From the NCBI GenBank assembly GCA_051294905.1, contig CM119371.1, positions 13,208,001 to 13,272,000 of the forward strand: a stretch of 64,000 bases of DNA. Direction: 5' to 3'. Numbering within the stretch: position 1 is the first letter of the stretch; every line of letters begins with the position of its first letter. The notes below the pieces were generated by a model, which had not been told where the DNA came from, searched no databases, and saw only the letters and a program-made list of their open reading frames with translations. The DNA comes from Botryllus schlosseri. Taxonomy: Eukaryota. Positions 35,301 to 50,300 of the stretch are shown piece by piece. A program made the position numbers and the translations under genes.

Positions 35301-38300
35301 CAATTGTTTTGTCGCTTCATGCATACTCATTTCAATAGTTGGTGACATTTCCATCTTAAACTTTCATAAAAATCTATTTTTCAAAAAGCCTTGTTTTGGC
35401 AGTTTTAGCATTTGATTCTCGAAATGCAAAAAATAACACTGCCTGACGATATCCAATATGAAATAGATATAGATGTCATTCTATGTCCTGTCACGTTTTA
35501 GCAGTTTCGTATATGGTCTGCCAAACGAGTAGGATGATGTATCACAGGGGTTCTTAGAGTATATGGGTCGTGAAGGGTCTAAATTTAGGTCTCGACAGCG
35601 CGGAGTAGTCGTTTAATATGTATGTGATATTTGCTGGATTTATTGCAGTAAGACCTTTCTTTGCGCGTCGCGCTATCTCTTGCTGGTGGCTTATGTGAGT
35701 CTCAGCGCACAGTGTTGAGAACTGCAGTCAACAAGGCTTATAGTATTATAAACGATACGCGCAGAAAAATAGTTGCGCATGAACATGACTCCATTAAGAT
35801 ATATAATTACGTTACCAAATTTTACAAACTACCACCTACTTCAGCTCCCCGAATATCTGATCACGTGGGCTGAGAGTGGACTGAAAATTAATAGTGCTTT
35901 AAGCAAGAACATATATTATTAACAAAATTATTACATGACTTCTAAAAAATTTCGCGCTTCGAGCATCTAAAGAACTAATGCTCACTAATATTCAATAACA
36001 ATCATACTTGCAATTTCGGTTCGTAGTAAGTCAATAGAAACAAACAAATATGTTTTATGTTCCTAGTTCTGCCTATCCTTTTCGGAATCATTCGCTAAAC
36101 GCATGATACCAGACTTCATTCGCAACGGAAAAAGTGTGTGTATTTCTATACTGTTATTTCTAACTTGTCGCGTATGAGAATTGATCGTCAATGACAACAA
36201 ACGACTAAATCGCAACTGTAACTTGTAAAACGGTAAGATTTCGCGATATCTACTCACCTGTCATAAAAATCGATGTCGAATCTCTCCCGGATATTGGTAA
36301 TTTGTCGGCAAACTAAAATGAGAAATAATTTTTGAAGTATTCATATACTATAGCGAAAGCTGTATGCATCCTAATAATTATGCTCTGGGGCTGAACATAT
36401 TGCGTAACATCTGAACTTATTGTGTCCTACAATGATGAGGACACAAGCAAATCTCATGACTCACTGCGATTAGGTTACGTCATTCATTCCATTTGACCAA
36501 AGGCAATTTACGGCACTATTAAAACTGGCTTGTCAAGCGCGAATTTTTTAAAAATTGGTACCAATCAAAAGATACCGTGGTACCGGTTAAGAAGATATAA
36601 ATTTACTTCTGCTCGTGGCCCTGGAACCCCCCGCAATCAGCCTCGAATTTTGCATTGTAACGGAGTTTGGTATCAGATAGAGTTGTCGGGAGGTAGTGCT
36701 TTCGAAAATTTAGGGAATGTTATAATGATGATGCATCTTCGGTGAGACCATTGTTATTAGTCATTTTGATGCTGTTATTTCTAGACCTCCTGGCAGGATT
36801 GCAGATATAGTGGAAGATATTGGAATCGCCGAGACGTACCAGGAAAAGATTTATTTCGCGAGGAGCCAAGATTCCAAATGGGTATTTCTACATGGGTCGC
36901 ATCATTTTCCTCAGCTGTTCGCATCTAGTGTGGAGCACAGATTGTAAAGGGCGCTACTATATTAAAATCGAAAAATTAAAATTAAAAAAAATAAAATCTC
37001 TACAAAATTAGGGAGGCTTTTCGTAAATTTAATTTGCATGCCATGTCATAATAAAACCAATATAATTGACACTCGACCGCGCGTAGCGCGAAGAAAAATT
37101 TTGGATTAGCATAAATCTTCCCTATAATAATACATTTTTCTACATTGGTTTATGAAAGAATTTTCAGCACCCTTGAAGCCTTCAAAATTCCGGACATTTA
37201 AAAATATTACAACATTTCCTCCCAGACGCAGTTTAAACAGTGAAATTCCAGACATGTCCGGGAAAACCAGGACGTATTGCAACCCTACAGTAGGTATAAA
37301 ATTTCGACAGCATAAGCATTCCATCGCATCATGGGATGTAAATGATAGCTTCGTCATGGAAAAGTGATTATAATCTTTTGTAAATTCGAACACTCGTTTC
37401 CGAAAACGTCATGGCTTTGAGTCCTTACCCATATTATATTGCTCGTAGTTTAGCCGAAGAGCATTACGAAGAAGTTGTATCGGATAAGGTGATAACACTT
37501 TGCTCTATTAATGCGACAGATTTCACATACTCGGAAAGGGTCGTTCACACTTTCATTTGTGTGCCTTGAAGTCGACTTTTATCCAAATACACCAGCCAAG
37601 GCTGTGTCAACAAAAAGAGTTCGTGTATCATCTAAAAATAGAACATTGAACGCTCTCGTACTCGACATTTCATGCTGGTGTGCCACGATTGTTGACATAC
37701 GATGTTCTTTTGAATTCTCTACTAGTTGCTGACGATTACCCCTGACGAGTGTCAGCTGATAATATTAGGGTTCATTTCAATATGAATATACTATTCAAAT
37801 CTTATAATGAATTCAAACCAAAAATCGACAGATTCTCATGATCAAGCCATGTTTCCTGCGTGTCTCGCTTATTGTTATAGTACCTAACAAAGTGAGCATG
37901 GATATGTAAGACCTATCGCAGTATTTTTTGCAATAAATTCAACGGATATTACCAGAGGTGGTCAGTAACGAAGTACTTCTACGTTTTGAAGTACTTGAAG
38001 TAGATTTTTTCTACCAACACTACTTTTTAAGTAGTTATGATTTTAGACTACTTTTACTTCTACTTGACAGTTTTCAGTTTTGCAGGCACAAATAAGCGTA
38101 GAATACCTACTTACTTACTTACTTATGAACCACCACTTCTACTTCTACTTGAGTAGAAATTCCGGCGTTACTTCTACTTCTACTTAAGTAGCGACGGTGA
38201 CTACTTTGACCACCTCTGGATATTACACACATATTAATAGGTAGCTCCGGAACCGTGTCGACCCAAAATTATACCCTTTGCGGTCCATACTTTAACAACC

Positions 38301-41300
38301 CTTGAAGGGGTAAAATTGGCGTTACAGTAACTGGCGAATAAGAGTCTGTGATGATGGCATTTACTGCTATCCTCGTGCCTCGCCCTAATCGAACTGTTAT
38401 AACGAAAATATGATGATTGTTCAGCGAAAAGAAGCAGAAAGTCAATTTGACGTCATTTTTCTAGCCTCTCGCCGGCTCAGACGGGCTATAACAATGTCTG
38501 CCACAACATCGGCTTTCAAACCAGGTTTTTAGTTACGTAATAATTATAGTGCGAATATATCAATTCACTACGGCTTGTGAGAGACAAAATTATTGTCAAA
38601 GCTTAGATTAGTGGTACGTCGTAACTCAAACAAGTTTTTACAATTGCGTCGCAACTACAAAAGATTGGGAGAATTTGAACTTGTTATCAGGTTCATTTGA
38701 ATAATTCAATGTCAGAAAAATACCAAATATTTACGATTTTCATCCGCACTCATCCGGATTTTCATTAGCACCATTCGGAACTGTACCATCGCCTGTACCA
38801 CTCCACAGGTTGGTAAACCATGAATATACCTATTACAACTTATATAAAAGACCTGCAGCCAAACAATGACTTACATTCTAAAAATTCTAACTCAGTATCG
38901 AGATCATTTGCAATCTTCTGAGCTTTCTTCAATTCGTCTCCTTTCAACTTATCAACTGCTTTCATGTATATCAATGTTACTTTCTTGAAATTAGAGTTGT
39001 TGACCAGAGACCGAATCTCCTCGAATGAAGCACGAAATCCGTTCTCGAATATGCATCTCATATATTCGATCTGCAGTGGAAAATCATCATTAATATTATT
39101 GTGTATGATAATGATGCTCTCCGCAATTGTTGACCTTTTTACGACGGACTATGATTTCGTACTCAGATAGACTTGGTATTATAAATCATGAATTCCACAG
39201 CTGCGGGGGATAGCTATTGCCGGGCAATAACTTAATTTGTGTCGAGGACACTGGTATTGTTTTCAGAGTTCAATGAGAAATACGAGATAGAATGAATGGT
39301 GGGAGACGTACTTTGAAAATATGCGAATAATACCAGATGATAAATACTACCTTAATTTGCTGACAAGCTTCCTTTATCTTTCTGAAGGAATGCTCTCCCC
39401 ACACAATGAACATCGCATGGATATTGACATGAAAACCGGATATTTTCGTTCGGTGTTCCAAAATGCGTTGGTCAGCGTCACAATATGTCTGGCCATTCAC
39501 AGCAATATCCATGAGATCAACCTTGATGGAAATAAGGGATGCTAATCGGTTTCGTAACACGATATGATAATTTCACCCAATGAACTACTTCTGGACATCA
39601 ACACTGCCAACAAATCTATTATCGGGATCGTTGCTCAATAAAACGATAGGATATTAAACCTGCATATAAATATAACATTTAAAAAATAAAATAAATAATT
39701 TTACTTGATACTTTTCCAAAGAAGTTTCAATCAACGACCAATTGATATATTTTTCTTCGGTGCAATCAATCATATATCTTGCTTATCTGAACGCAAGTTC
39801 GGTTTTATGAGGCATGGTGACGCACAAACTTCAATAGCTATTCCTCTATTCCAGTGGTTCGCACTCTTTAGTATATGCGTACCACTAGTGGAACCTGATA
39901 CGCGGGAGCATCTCAAGTGGTACGCGAGTAACTTCATCGAACCTATGAGTTTAATAATTACAGAAAATGACATGGAGCGAGATTTCTGAGAATGTTCGAT
40001 GTAGCAATGACCTAATAGCACAGGGGTCACCAACGCGGTGCCCGCGGGCCCATGTAGGTACTAGGTATAGCCCGCGAGGACCAGATGAGTAGCCCGCGAG
40101 CCTGATCTAAGAACAGATCGAATACCAGTATTTACCAGTATTCGTCGGATTATTACCAGCGAGCTTTTTAAAAATATAGAATTGTAGATTGATTGATTTA
40201 TCTATTCTTGTTTAAATCACACTAACATGTAATTTACAAATGACAATACATATCGTCGCAGTTGCATCAAAGTAGCTTATGTTCAGTTTTGAAATTTTAA
40301 AGGTCCTGCCACACTTGCCCTGCCTCATGCTTCACTTGCCTCCCCTAACCGCACGTCACTGACCTATCACACACTGCAGTGATTAGGTACTTCTGTTTTC
40401 AAGTTGGGCTCCATCTTCGCATGTGAGCAGAAAAATATGGCGCACACTACGAATCCCCTATAATAGTGTTTCTTCACTAATATTCAATTGTGACGTAACA
40501 GTTTATTGACATGTATGGCTCTTTGGGAGTTACAATTGAAAATATTGGGCCAATGTGGCTCTTCGTTAGAAAAAGGTTCCCGTCCGGACGCAGAGTTGCA
40601 GTGTCAAGTTACATAACATAGTTCAGCGTACTAGTTGATAGAATGCAATGCCAGGCTTCCCACTGACTGATATAGAAACAGATAACATATTGTCCACGTC
40701 CAGTCTAAAGTTTGACATGATTTATTTCAAAATTTGAGTTAACTGTTGTTGTATTACACTGGTCAACCCACTTTTGTACGCTTTGATCAGACATTTGACT
40801 CCGACTAACTTTTGGGCGCTGAATTCAAAGATGACTTCTGTTTTGCTCCATCACGTCAAGGTTTTGGGTTAGGCACCCACAACATTGTCTCATAACCCAC
40901 ATAATAGCACGACTTTTAATATTTTGTGTTTATTGTATAAAACGTTTCAAAAATCACAAGCAGTCGAAAGTAAATCAATAGACTTAAAATAAACATTTGC
41001 GCTGCTTTATTTGACTGATTTAAACTGATATTGCTTCTACAGGACAAATAAAGTGCTAGTTTCCGGGTCTAAATTTACGCTAATAACCAATAATTCAGTA
41101 GGTTGTCTAGTTTGATCCTCGAGCAATAGTCAGCTAACATATGTAAGCTCCTATGTGATCTGGTGCCTTACTGCCATCATCTTAAGATGTTGGGGGACAT
41201 TTTCTCCTTGCCCATTTCTGACTATTTCGAGGTTTTAAGGGAAAATATTTAGATATTTTGGCTTTTTCTTAATGTCTGCTGTCCGACATCAACATATGGC

Positions 41301-44300
41301 CATGGCACATGTGTATCAGGGTTACATGTGCATCCTTGTTGTCTGACCACTAAGAAAACACAATATTTCAAAGCTTACACATATAATCCAATCGTGCTCT
41401 TGATATTGCATCAATTCAATGTTTCTGTATTATTCCCAATGTTTCGGTATAATTCACGAAGGCTGAATGTGCATTTGTTACAACTCCTAAGACGCAGTGT
41501 TGGGATCAAGTCACTACCTTCGAGTCACGAGTCATCTCGAGTCATTGCACATTTTGACTCGAGTCAAGTCAAGTCAATCAATTTTCGAAAGTGACTCGAG
41601 TCAAGTCAAGTCACTCGATTTTTGGAGGTGACTCGAGTCAAGTCGAGTCAAGTCAAGTCAAGTCACGAGTCAAGTCACAATTCAAGTCAAGTTGCCTTTT
41701 TGAAGTATGAGGCATGATTACGTCATTGCATTTTGCATGCTGTCTAAAATACAGATTGAGCGGTCATTGATTCTGAACCAATTAGCGAATATAAGGTAAA
41801 TATAAGCGCAATAAGGCGCTGTATCGCTCACATATACGTAGAACTGCTAAATTACGTAAGTGATTGAACAGCCTCAGTTTATAGTTACCAGCCAAAATAG
41901 AGAATAGAGAAACGAATTGACAAGATGCAATACATTATCATTTTACAAATTGATATGATACAATTCAAACCTACGCTAATGGCTGAGGACTATATCAACT
42001 GTATTTGAATTCAATTTCAATAAAACAAGAGCTTTAGTTCAGGAAAGAACAGAGAACAGAAATAGACATTTTGGTATTAAATTACTTTACTGTATTAGTT
42101 TACGACAACGTAATCTGCAAGTTTCGATCACTCCGTTTGCAGTCAATTTATGTGTGCGACAACAATGGAGGTTCAGTAAAGCGCACAATCACTGAAAGAT
42201 TGGTCACTCTCACGGGTTACACCAGCATTTAGCGAACAGTCCGGCCATATGCAAGATACAGGGATTTTTATCGACACCGATTACTTGATGACTTGAAATT
42301 GACTCGTGAATTTTGCTCCGAGTCACGAGTCAATCCACATTTTTGATACGCCGAGTCAAGTTAAGTCAAGTCATTTTAGCAAAGTGACTCGAGTCAAGTC
42401 AAGTCATACGAAAAAGGTGACTCGAGTCTGACTCGAGTCAAGTCATGACTCGAGTCATCCCAACACTGCTAAGACGTTGTCATTTTGGAGACTGCCACAC
42501 ATTAGGATTCTTTTTGAGCAACCTATAAGAATCTGTAATTCACTTGAATTATGAATCGGGATTCCTAACTCCTACAGTAATCCATGGTAACAGTATCACG
42601 GCAATACACAACGCTACCGAAAGTAGGCCTACGAAGATAAGGCTGTTTCTCCTGATCGATAGTGAGATACTTTCTCTACCTTGCCAAGTAATCTTTTCTC
42701 ACTTCGTAAGGATGTTAAAAGTTCCGAAGATTTCTATTCCAAGTCCGAAAGCTTATGTCAGATCAATAACTTATTCTGATAAACTACTCTACTTCCTGAA
42801 TCATCTTCGATTTCATCATCTTCATCATTAGCCTGCTATCCCTAAGATCTTCATCTTGATCCAAATTATCTAGCGTATAGGAGTTTCAAGTTACACTGGA
42901 TAAACTGAATGGGGCATTGGACCTATTGCTGATAGTGAATGTAATATTTATTTTTCTTGCCATATCCTGGAGTTTGCACCAAATATGTGTGTGAAATATC
43001 CTCGGATGATTGCATCCTCTAATCAAAAAAGGTTGCAGGCATCGGCCTATAGGTCAATACCAGTACCTTTTTTCTTGGCAATTCAATTGAGCTTTTGGCT
43101 GTATAACTTAATATGTGGTGAAAGTGTGGATTTTTATATGGTATCGAAAAGTAATATGGTATGTATGTTTCTTCATCTATCCTGCGATTATACACAATCG
43201 ATTCTTGCATACTGAAAATCACATCTTGGAACTTGTTATATTGTTTGACTATGTTTTACGCATTCGAACAACGAAAAATATACTTCCGGTGAAAGCAGAA
43301 GAAAGCCAAATAGTAGAACCTGACAAACGTGAGGCATATGGTAATAGTGAACCATAAGCTATAAGTTTAAAAATATAAACTTTCGTCACTAACCTTTTCC
43401 AATTTAGACTTCGATAATTCCGGTAACTCTTTTTTGTTGGCATATAGATGTTCAAGAAATTTAGCTTCGAACAATAATCCCAAATATAACACCGACGGGA
43501 GGTTGGGACTCACTTTAAATACTAGCGCGGATTCCTGTGATAAGCAAATGTTGTTAGTTACGTCAATAATCTCCTAACATCGAGATTGTTATTGCAGAAT
43601 ACCCTTTCAAGCATAACTTCTAGAACAGGGTGACCAATCTACGGCCGTAGTAGACCAATGATTTTGCGTCCGTTAGCACGTATATCAACAAGCAACATTC
43701 AATTCGAATTTACGACTTGACCCGCCAGCCGTCATGCAGGATAAATGGAATGAGCAAGATCAAGTTCGTCATTACTTGAATATATCTAAAAAATCGACAG
43801 TCAGTGATATTTTCGGGATATTTATATAACTTGAAAATAAAAATTTCGCACTTCGTGGAATAATTTTAGGTATCACCAGAAAATGAATCGCATTAGCGTC
43901 GCTGGCAACCGCCGAATAAATGGAATGATCAATGATGAAGTTCGTAATTACACGAAAATATTTCGCAAATTAACAGTCAATCCACAAAAGTATTGAGTAT
44001 TATTTTTGGAATATTTATTCAACTTGGAAAATTTTCGGGTATCAGGAAACAGGTAAACAAATCGCATTAGAGCTCGCTGGCAACCTCCAAAGATATTTCA
44101 ATAAATGTGCGAAGCAGCAGCATGCAGCCGCGACCTAAACTCATGTTAGAAGTTGCATATATTCTAAAGATGATGTAAAACTCCGGAAGGTTCAGGTTTG
44201 TGCGAACGCGAACCTTTTTGGACGGTTATGCGTGAACCCGTACGTGAACCTATGACGTCACGTGACGTCATATTGACAATTCCAATTATAAATTTCAGCG

Positions 44301-47300
44301 AAGTGATATATTAATGTACATTGTACATGTACACGACAGCCTACCTATCGACGACTCGGGCCACATTATGCCACAATGCTGACGTTTCAAACGTCACCAA
44401 ATGTATCAATTGGGGCAATCAAATGATAAAATAATCCATCGCTTTACACCCAATTTTGTCGCGGACTTGCAAGGGAATATAAACTTGCGCTTTAACGGTC
44501 CACGCCATACCGGACAATGTATTCGGCGTCTGACTATTGCTACATTGATGTTGAGCAGAGTGTAAAACGGGTTTCTTCCGATATTAGCCCTTCAACAAGT
44601 TATTCATTAGTCAACACCCCAATCGCGCGGATTTGGTTTTTATGATACAATAAACATATAAAATCAAGACGGTTCCCGTACGCCAGGTAGATTTTTATAT
44701 AAGAGAACGATGTCTTCTTTATACCAATTTCAGTGATTGTTTAAATAAGCATCATTGTCTGACTATCTACTTGTAGCGTATTTCGCTCTTGATGTCGTGT
44801 GATTGCGGATCAAGCTCAGAACAGACAGTCACTGAATATTCACGAACGGAAAGCTTGATATTTCGAGCAAACTTTTGAAACAAAGCAAGAAAATATTTTG
44901 AGATTGGCAAGCTACATGCTCGTTTAGTGTTGTTGTTTTATGCAGCTAGCGCCATAGTAACCCGAAGTTGATATGCAAAGAATTTCAACCAAAGATGTTG
45001 TAATGACGTAAAAATTGTAATTGTTTGTTTGTTTTGCTTTATCGACATAACAACAGTGGCGCTTTTCGCCTAGTAAGGCCATGTGCCCCACGACAGTAAT
45101 ATTTGTAATAATTCATTGTCTTTGATTTTTCGTCATCTTCCGGGCGACTTTTCACACTCGCACTCTTTCACATCGTTTTTCATGCGTCCGTGTGCATATC
45201 GAAGACCAATATCGAAGACCAAAAAGTCTGTACTGCCGACTTTTTGGCGCGGCTCACCTACATCTGGGCTTTTCAATGTACTGCGACTGCAGTGAGTTCA
45301 GCGATGAGGAGCCCAGCGATACCTCCGACACATAGAAGTTGGTCCGAACCGGGATTCGAACCACTGCCATTGGTGTCGTGACGCTGGTGCGTAACCAACT
45401 GCTCCACTAGCTTCCCCGAAAACATTGTAATTGAAAAGGTTCACAATGCAGAAACTACCAAGGTTCGTTTGTGCACCAGAACCTCTAAATTTTTTAGGTT
45501 CACACACAGAACGCTATTCACACCATTCCTAGTAAATTCCACTTTTGCTTCACTCTTGATGTGGCATGATTCCTGCGTTAGTGTCGACTACACCAGCAAC
45601 ATGTATCGCTAATCGCAGAGGTGGATTGTGGATGTGTACATTGGATCCGTATACCCGATGGCTTGATTTGGTCCCGAATATAGTAGGCTACATACAATTA
45701 TTAGATTATTAATTAGTCGAGCGATCACCTTACGCGATTCTAGCGTGAAATATTTCCAATAGTCAAGTCCTAAACCCTTAATACCGACCGATTTTCGAGG
45801 TCTTTCCTGTCCTTAAAACATGGGGCCGCCAGACAATGGCCACTTCTGAAAACGGTCGTTGGAGTTAAAACAAAAGGTTAAGAACCACTGGGATATAGCG
45901 TTCGGCTCTCGGTTGGTTTAATGTGGTCGAAAATAGGTTCGAATGGCTTTGTATACTGCAGGTAGCGGTGGAAATATCGAAGACCAATTTCATTCATCGG
46001 CATGGAATTGTTGCTACAGTTCAATAATTGTTATATCCAACCTTTACGTTGAAGTACCCTTCAAATTTAATGATGGGAAATCTCTCACTCTGGCAAATTA
46101 TATTGATGACATCTTTTTCGTTCTCCAATTCAATGTAATATCCTTCTGCAGTTAACACGAGAACCTGGATATTGTCGAGATGGAAAGTTTGAGATCGTGA
46201 ATACTATCGGTCATCGACCAAAACCGTGACGTCTTATCACAGATACATTGACGACATAGATTCCAAGACATCGGCAATACCGTAAATCGTAAATGGAACA
46301 TTTTTGAAAATACACCAGATAACGGAAGTGAAACATAGAACGGATTCATCGTTCTTCAACGGCTTCATCGGTCAATATAATAGCTTTACTACTTGTCTGC
46401 TGAATAATGTGATCAAACCCACTTCCCAATCCAATTTTCCAGATTGCGATCTAATCCGACTATGTCCAAGAAGTGAACGCACGGCTGTTGCTGTCGAATT
46501 GTTGCCTGTCAAACGTACTTCTTTCACCTGGAACGATGAACATGGTTTATGAAATGTTGAGAAGAGTTCAGTCCGACAGTCGGTGTGAAATCGAAATCAG
46601 CGGTCTCGACATCCAAAGTCACTGAGCCAGAATCCTATCTATTGTTGGATGATCTAGCCACAATTTAGTCGACATTACAATACGATATCTCGTAATCCGT
46701 GATTTTAGGAATCTTGTCTGTGCATAAAAATTTCCTGCCTGACTTATAACACTGAGCGATATGAAACGAATACGGCTCGTAGACTGGAAAACTGGACAAT
46801 ATGAACATGTTAGGTGTGAGCATGGGAACAAATAGCATGCGATGCTGAAGTATGCAATACTTCTGCATGTGAGATGAAGTTTGGGTCAATCATGTTTTTG
46901 TCAGAGCAAATAGGTCTCGTTCGAATCTGGACAACACTCATCACACATGAGTGGCGAATAGGTAGAAGTATGGTAAATGAACTCTTAATTTGTAAAATTT
47001 CAAGCCACAAATGCGGATATGGAGTCCACTATGGCAGATGCAGAGGGGGCCTTTCGTGCTTTAAATATAGGAAGCTCGTCACCAAACATATCTCCCTCAT
47101 GTTCGGCTGCCTTTTACACATGATGAGTAAATTTTCGTTCTCCGCGCATTGTGTATTGCTACTGCATCCGACACATGCATACATATTAATAATATTATTA
47201 ATAATAATTCAAGGCTTTTCAGTGGCGGTTATAGCCTTTTTCAGGCCTTGTGCACCGCGACATGGATACAGTTCAGTCATTGTCTTTTTCAGTATCTTCG

Positions 47301-50300
47301 ACTTCTTGCATCGTTCTTCAATCGCTTTGTAATCGTTCACTTTCATATCACTCTTCACTCTCCCATGCATTCAACTTCGGGTCTCGGATGCCGACTTTTG
47401 GCAGCGTACGTGGTATACTGTGTTTCTGGGCATTTTTTCAAGACGCTGTTAGTACAGTGGGATCATCGATGAGAAGCCCAGATAAACCTCCGAAACATAG
47501 AAATCAGCCCGCACAAGGATTCGAACCAACCACCATTGGTGACGCAGCGCAGGCGATTTACACACTGGAACACTCGCATCCCCATACATACATATAGATA
47601 TCAAACTCCTGAAATATTGCAACGGACGAACAATGAAGCATTACTGCTTATCGTGTGGCTGGTGGGATTGCTTCAAATGCCAATCGTTTCCGAAATGATC
47701 TCGACTATATTTAGTCAAATAACGGCTGAGCAGCGTATATATTTTTTGGATTAACTTATTATCAGGGCGATTTTTTTCACATTTGAAATAAAAAATAATT
47801 GACGCAATAATTAGGAATTATGACAGTTCTCGAAATTAAAAATCTTAATTTTGACACAATTTCGACCCCCAACGAACTAAACTAGTGAAATTACGCAAAA
47901 GAACACATCCAGCAGCAAAAGGTTTCAGTACGATGAAGGGTAGTTTTGGTAATTGGGTATATTGAAAACAACACATCGTTATCTAATTGAAGCAGAGCAT
48001 GAGTAACCGCAAAGGTTATGATAATTCAAGCCGTCGCTTCGGCAACTGTTGGACAGCATGCAGGCACAACTATCGTATTAACGATATAAATTTGAGTTGG
48101 TGGGATCAATTTCATATGCTAATGGAAGGATATTAGAAACAGTCTTAGTTTTTTACTTTCGTTTCTCTATAATTGTGCCTACGTAACTTATTTTTCAGTT
48201 CAAGCTTTCTTTTAGATACATTTCTCGTATCGGAAGACAAAATGGTGTCGCTTGGGCTCCTCTTCCCCCGCCGTTGCCTTTCTTACGGCGACAAAAAAGC
48301 CCAGTAAAAGAGCCGACGAAAGAAAGCACTCACAAGGAATGGAAAGAACTAGTAGAAAGGGCCGCGGCTTCCAAAAAAAAGATCAACATCGAAAAGAACT
48401 GTGACATCGGGCACTCTAGGCCGAGGTGGATGTTAGAGTAAAGGATCGCTACTGATGCGTGTCGTTCGACATCCTCCTATCTGCCCATGACATCGCATTG
48501 TGTCTTATCGCATTGTACATTGTGTGTGACTTGTTCAGATAAAAATAATAACCCAACGACGTTATGATGTTATGAATTCATTTTGGTTTGAATTAGGGTA
48601 TCGATCAAATGCTATTGTCGCACTGATTCCTAAAATCCGAATATTAACAATGTCAGAGCACCAGAACCCCCTCAAATTTGCCAACGAATGTGAAATTCGA
48701 CTTTGTTACGTTCAATGACAACGCAGAAAACAGTAGCGAGGTGAGGCACAGACGAATCTGACTCTCTCACTATTCGCTAACAATCGGATATTCGCAGCAC
48801 AGTGAAACACGCTATTGATTTCGGAAACCTGCAGTATTGTATACATCGTGGAATTACGACCGCCAATTCGTAAGGCGGAGCAAATACATTCCATTACTGA
48901 TGTAGCCGTAACCCATAATGTATTTTCCCTCCATTCCTACCTTAAATTGCGGTATGTAATAGCTACTTACACAGTCTGCGTTGTTTCTTTGTTTGTTGCA
49001 TTTATGATCTCTTCGAATACAACTGTCATTTATTACACCAGGCCGATATCCTACATCTTCCCCTTTCTAAGATTTTGTAAGACACATCTTTCGCGGATCA
49101 GATCCCGAGGCGGAGCCTATAGATTGCCTGCGTCTGAAGATGGCTAATGTGATAAGAAACAGGTCGCCATCTCAATCAGCTAAACTTTCGTTTATCCTTC
49201 CATAATTTTCGTCGAGCAATCTCTATTAAAATGTCTGAATATTTCACTAAAGGGACAAATTGAAATATGTATTATCGAATTGCAACGGCTATCAGGGTGC
49301 CGAGAAAACGCTTTCGCCCATCCGATTTTTTCGCTTCTGTTGTTATTACCATATTTGTATGTGTGAGCGTATCCTCATCAGGTACTTTACTTTACTTCAA
49401 CCCTTAAAATAGTCGGTTCAACATCAATACCACAGATATTTCGTCAAAGGAGCCATATTTACCCTACATTTTCAATTTTCAATGTCACTCCACTATGACG
49501 TCATAATTCGATATTCGTGATGCCATGGCTTGAAAAAAAACATGTGTTAAATGGGGCCTTGTTTTAATTTGATTTTTGTTTTAAATGCAACCCTATTGTA
49601 CGTGCGTGTGGGGGAAGGGGTCAGTGTCTCACCAGTCACAAACATCATCGCACGTCACTGCATCGTACGGGTAAGTTAGTCGACACGACGAAGCTTATCT
49701 GATCCTTGTGCTATCGGCATTTACGCATGTACTTAACCCTCATAAGTTAGAAAGTTACCTCTAAAGTTTGTATAATTTCCGACCACTTTTACTTTCCTGG
49801 CCAATTACACTCCTGACTGCTTGATAGTTGAGAGTATGGAAATCTTCCCATCATACACAAGCTTCTTTACATATGGTGATATTTAACGCGATTCGTTCTA
49901 ATTACACTACCAATTTCAATTATTTTTTTTCGGTTTGGGTTTTGACAACTGATTTTGGCTAATTTTGGGGCGTTGAATCCGAAAATGGTGTCAGATTTTC
50001 TCTATCACATCACGTTATTGAGATATGAAATATCCCTAATTAAAAAAAAAATTTGACTCCCATCTGTTTTCAAAACAAGGAATTCTGGTGCAATAAACAC
50101 TGTTTCATTTGCAATAATCCAGCTTTAATTAGCAAACAAGCATTCAATATTATAATTCAAACAATTTGCGCTGTCTTTATTAAAATTTCAAGCTTTTGAA
50201 TAAAGACAGGCATGCAAAAGAGCAACTCCCAAAGCTGGTACAAGCGTGACATTTTATCGCAATGAACAATGAAATAAGAGTATGAGAGTATCAAAACATC

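Noticed and set aside
39522..39659. Longer exon from the acceptor at 39660, with three in-frame stops
   Set aside because: A downstream AAG acceptor with a pyrimidine tract at 39522 gives a stop-free phase-0 exon; the stops are probably intronic
41570..41690. CRISPR-like appearance of repeated gactcgagtcaagtcaagtca units
   Set aside because: No constant repeat with unique spacers and no cas genes; these are subterminal repeats of a TIR element with an 8-bp TSD in eukaryotic DNA
43067..43319. Apparent frameshifted NLR exon, which would imply a pseudogene
   Set aside because: The distal part continues into Chapaev3-like transposase remnants, so the frameshift is better explained as an exon/transposon boundary
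45340..45412. tRNA gene
   Set aside because: A and B boxes are present but the stems pair poorly, and the head is fused to a body repeated at 47340-47570, so it is a SINE
46874..47597. 152-aa and neighbouring + strand ORFs
   Set aside because: Antisense to an NLR intron, partly inside a SINE, no domain signature
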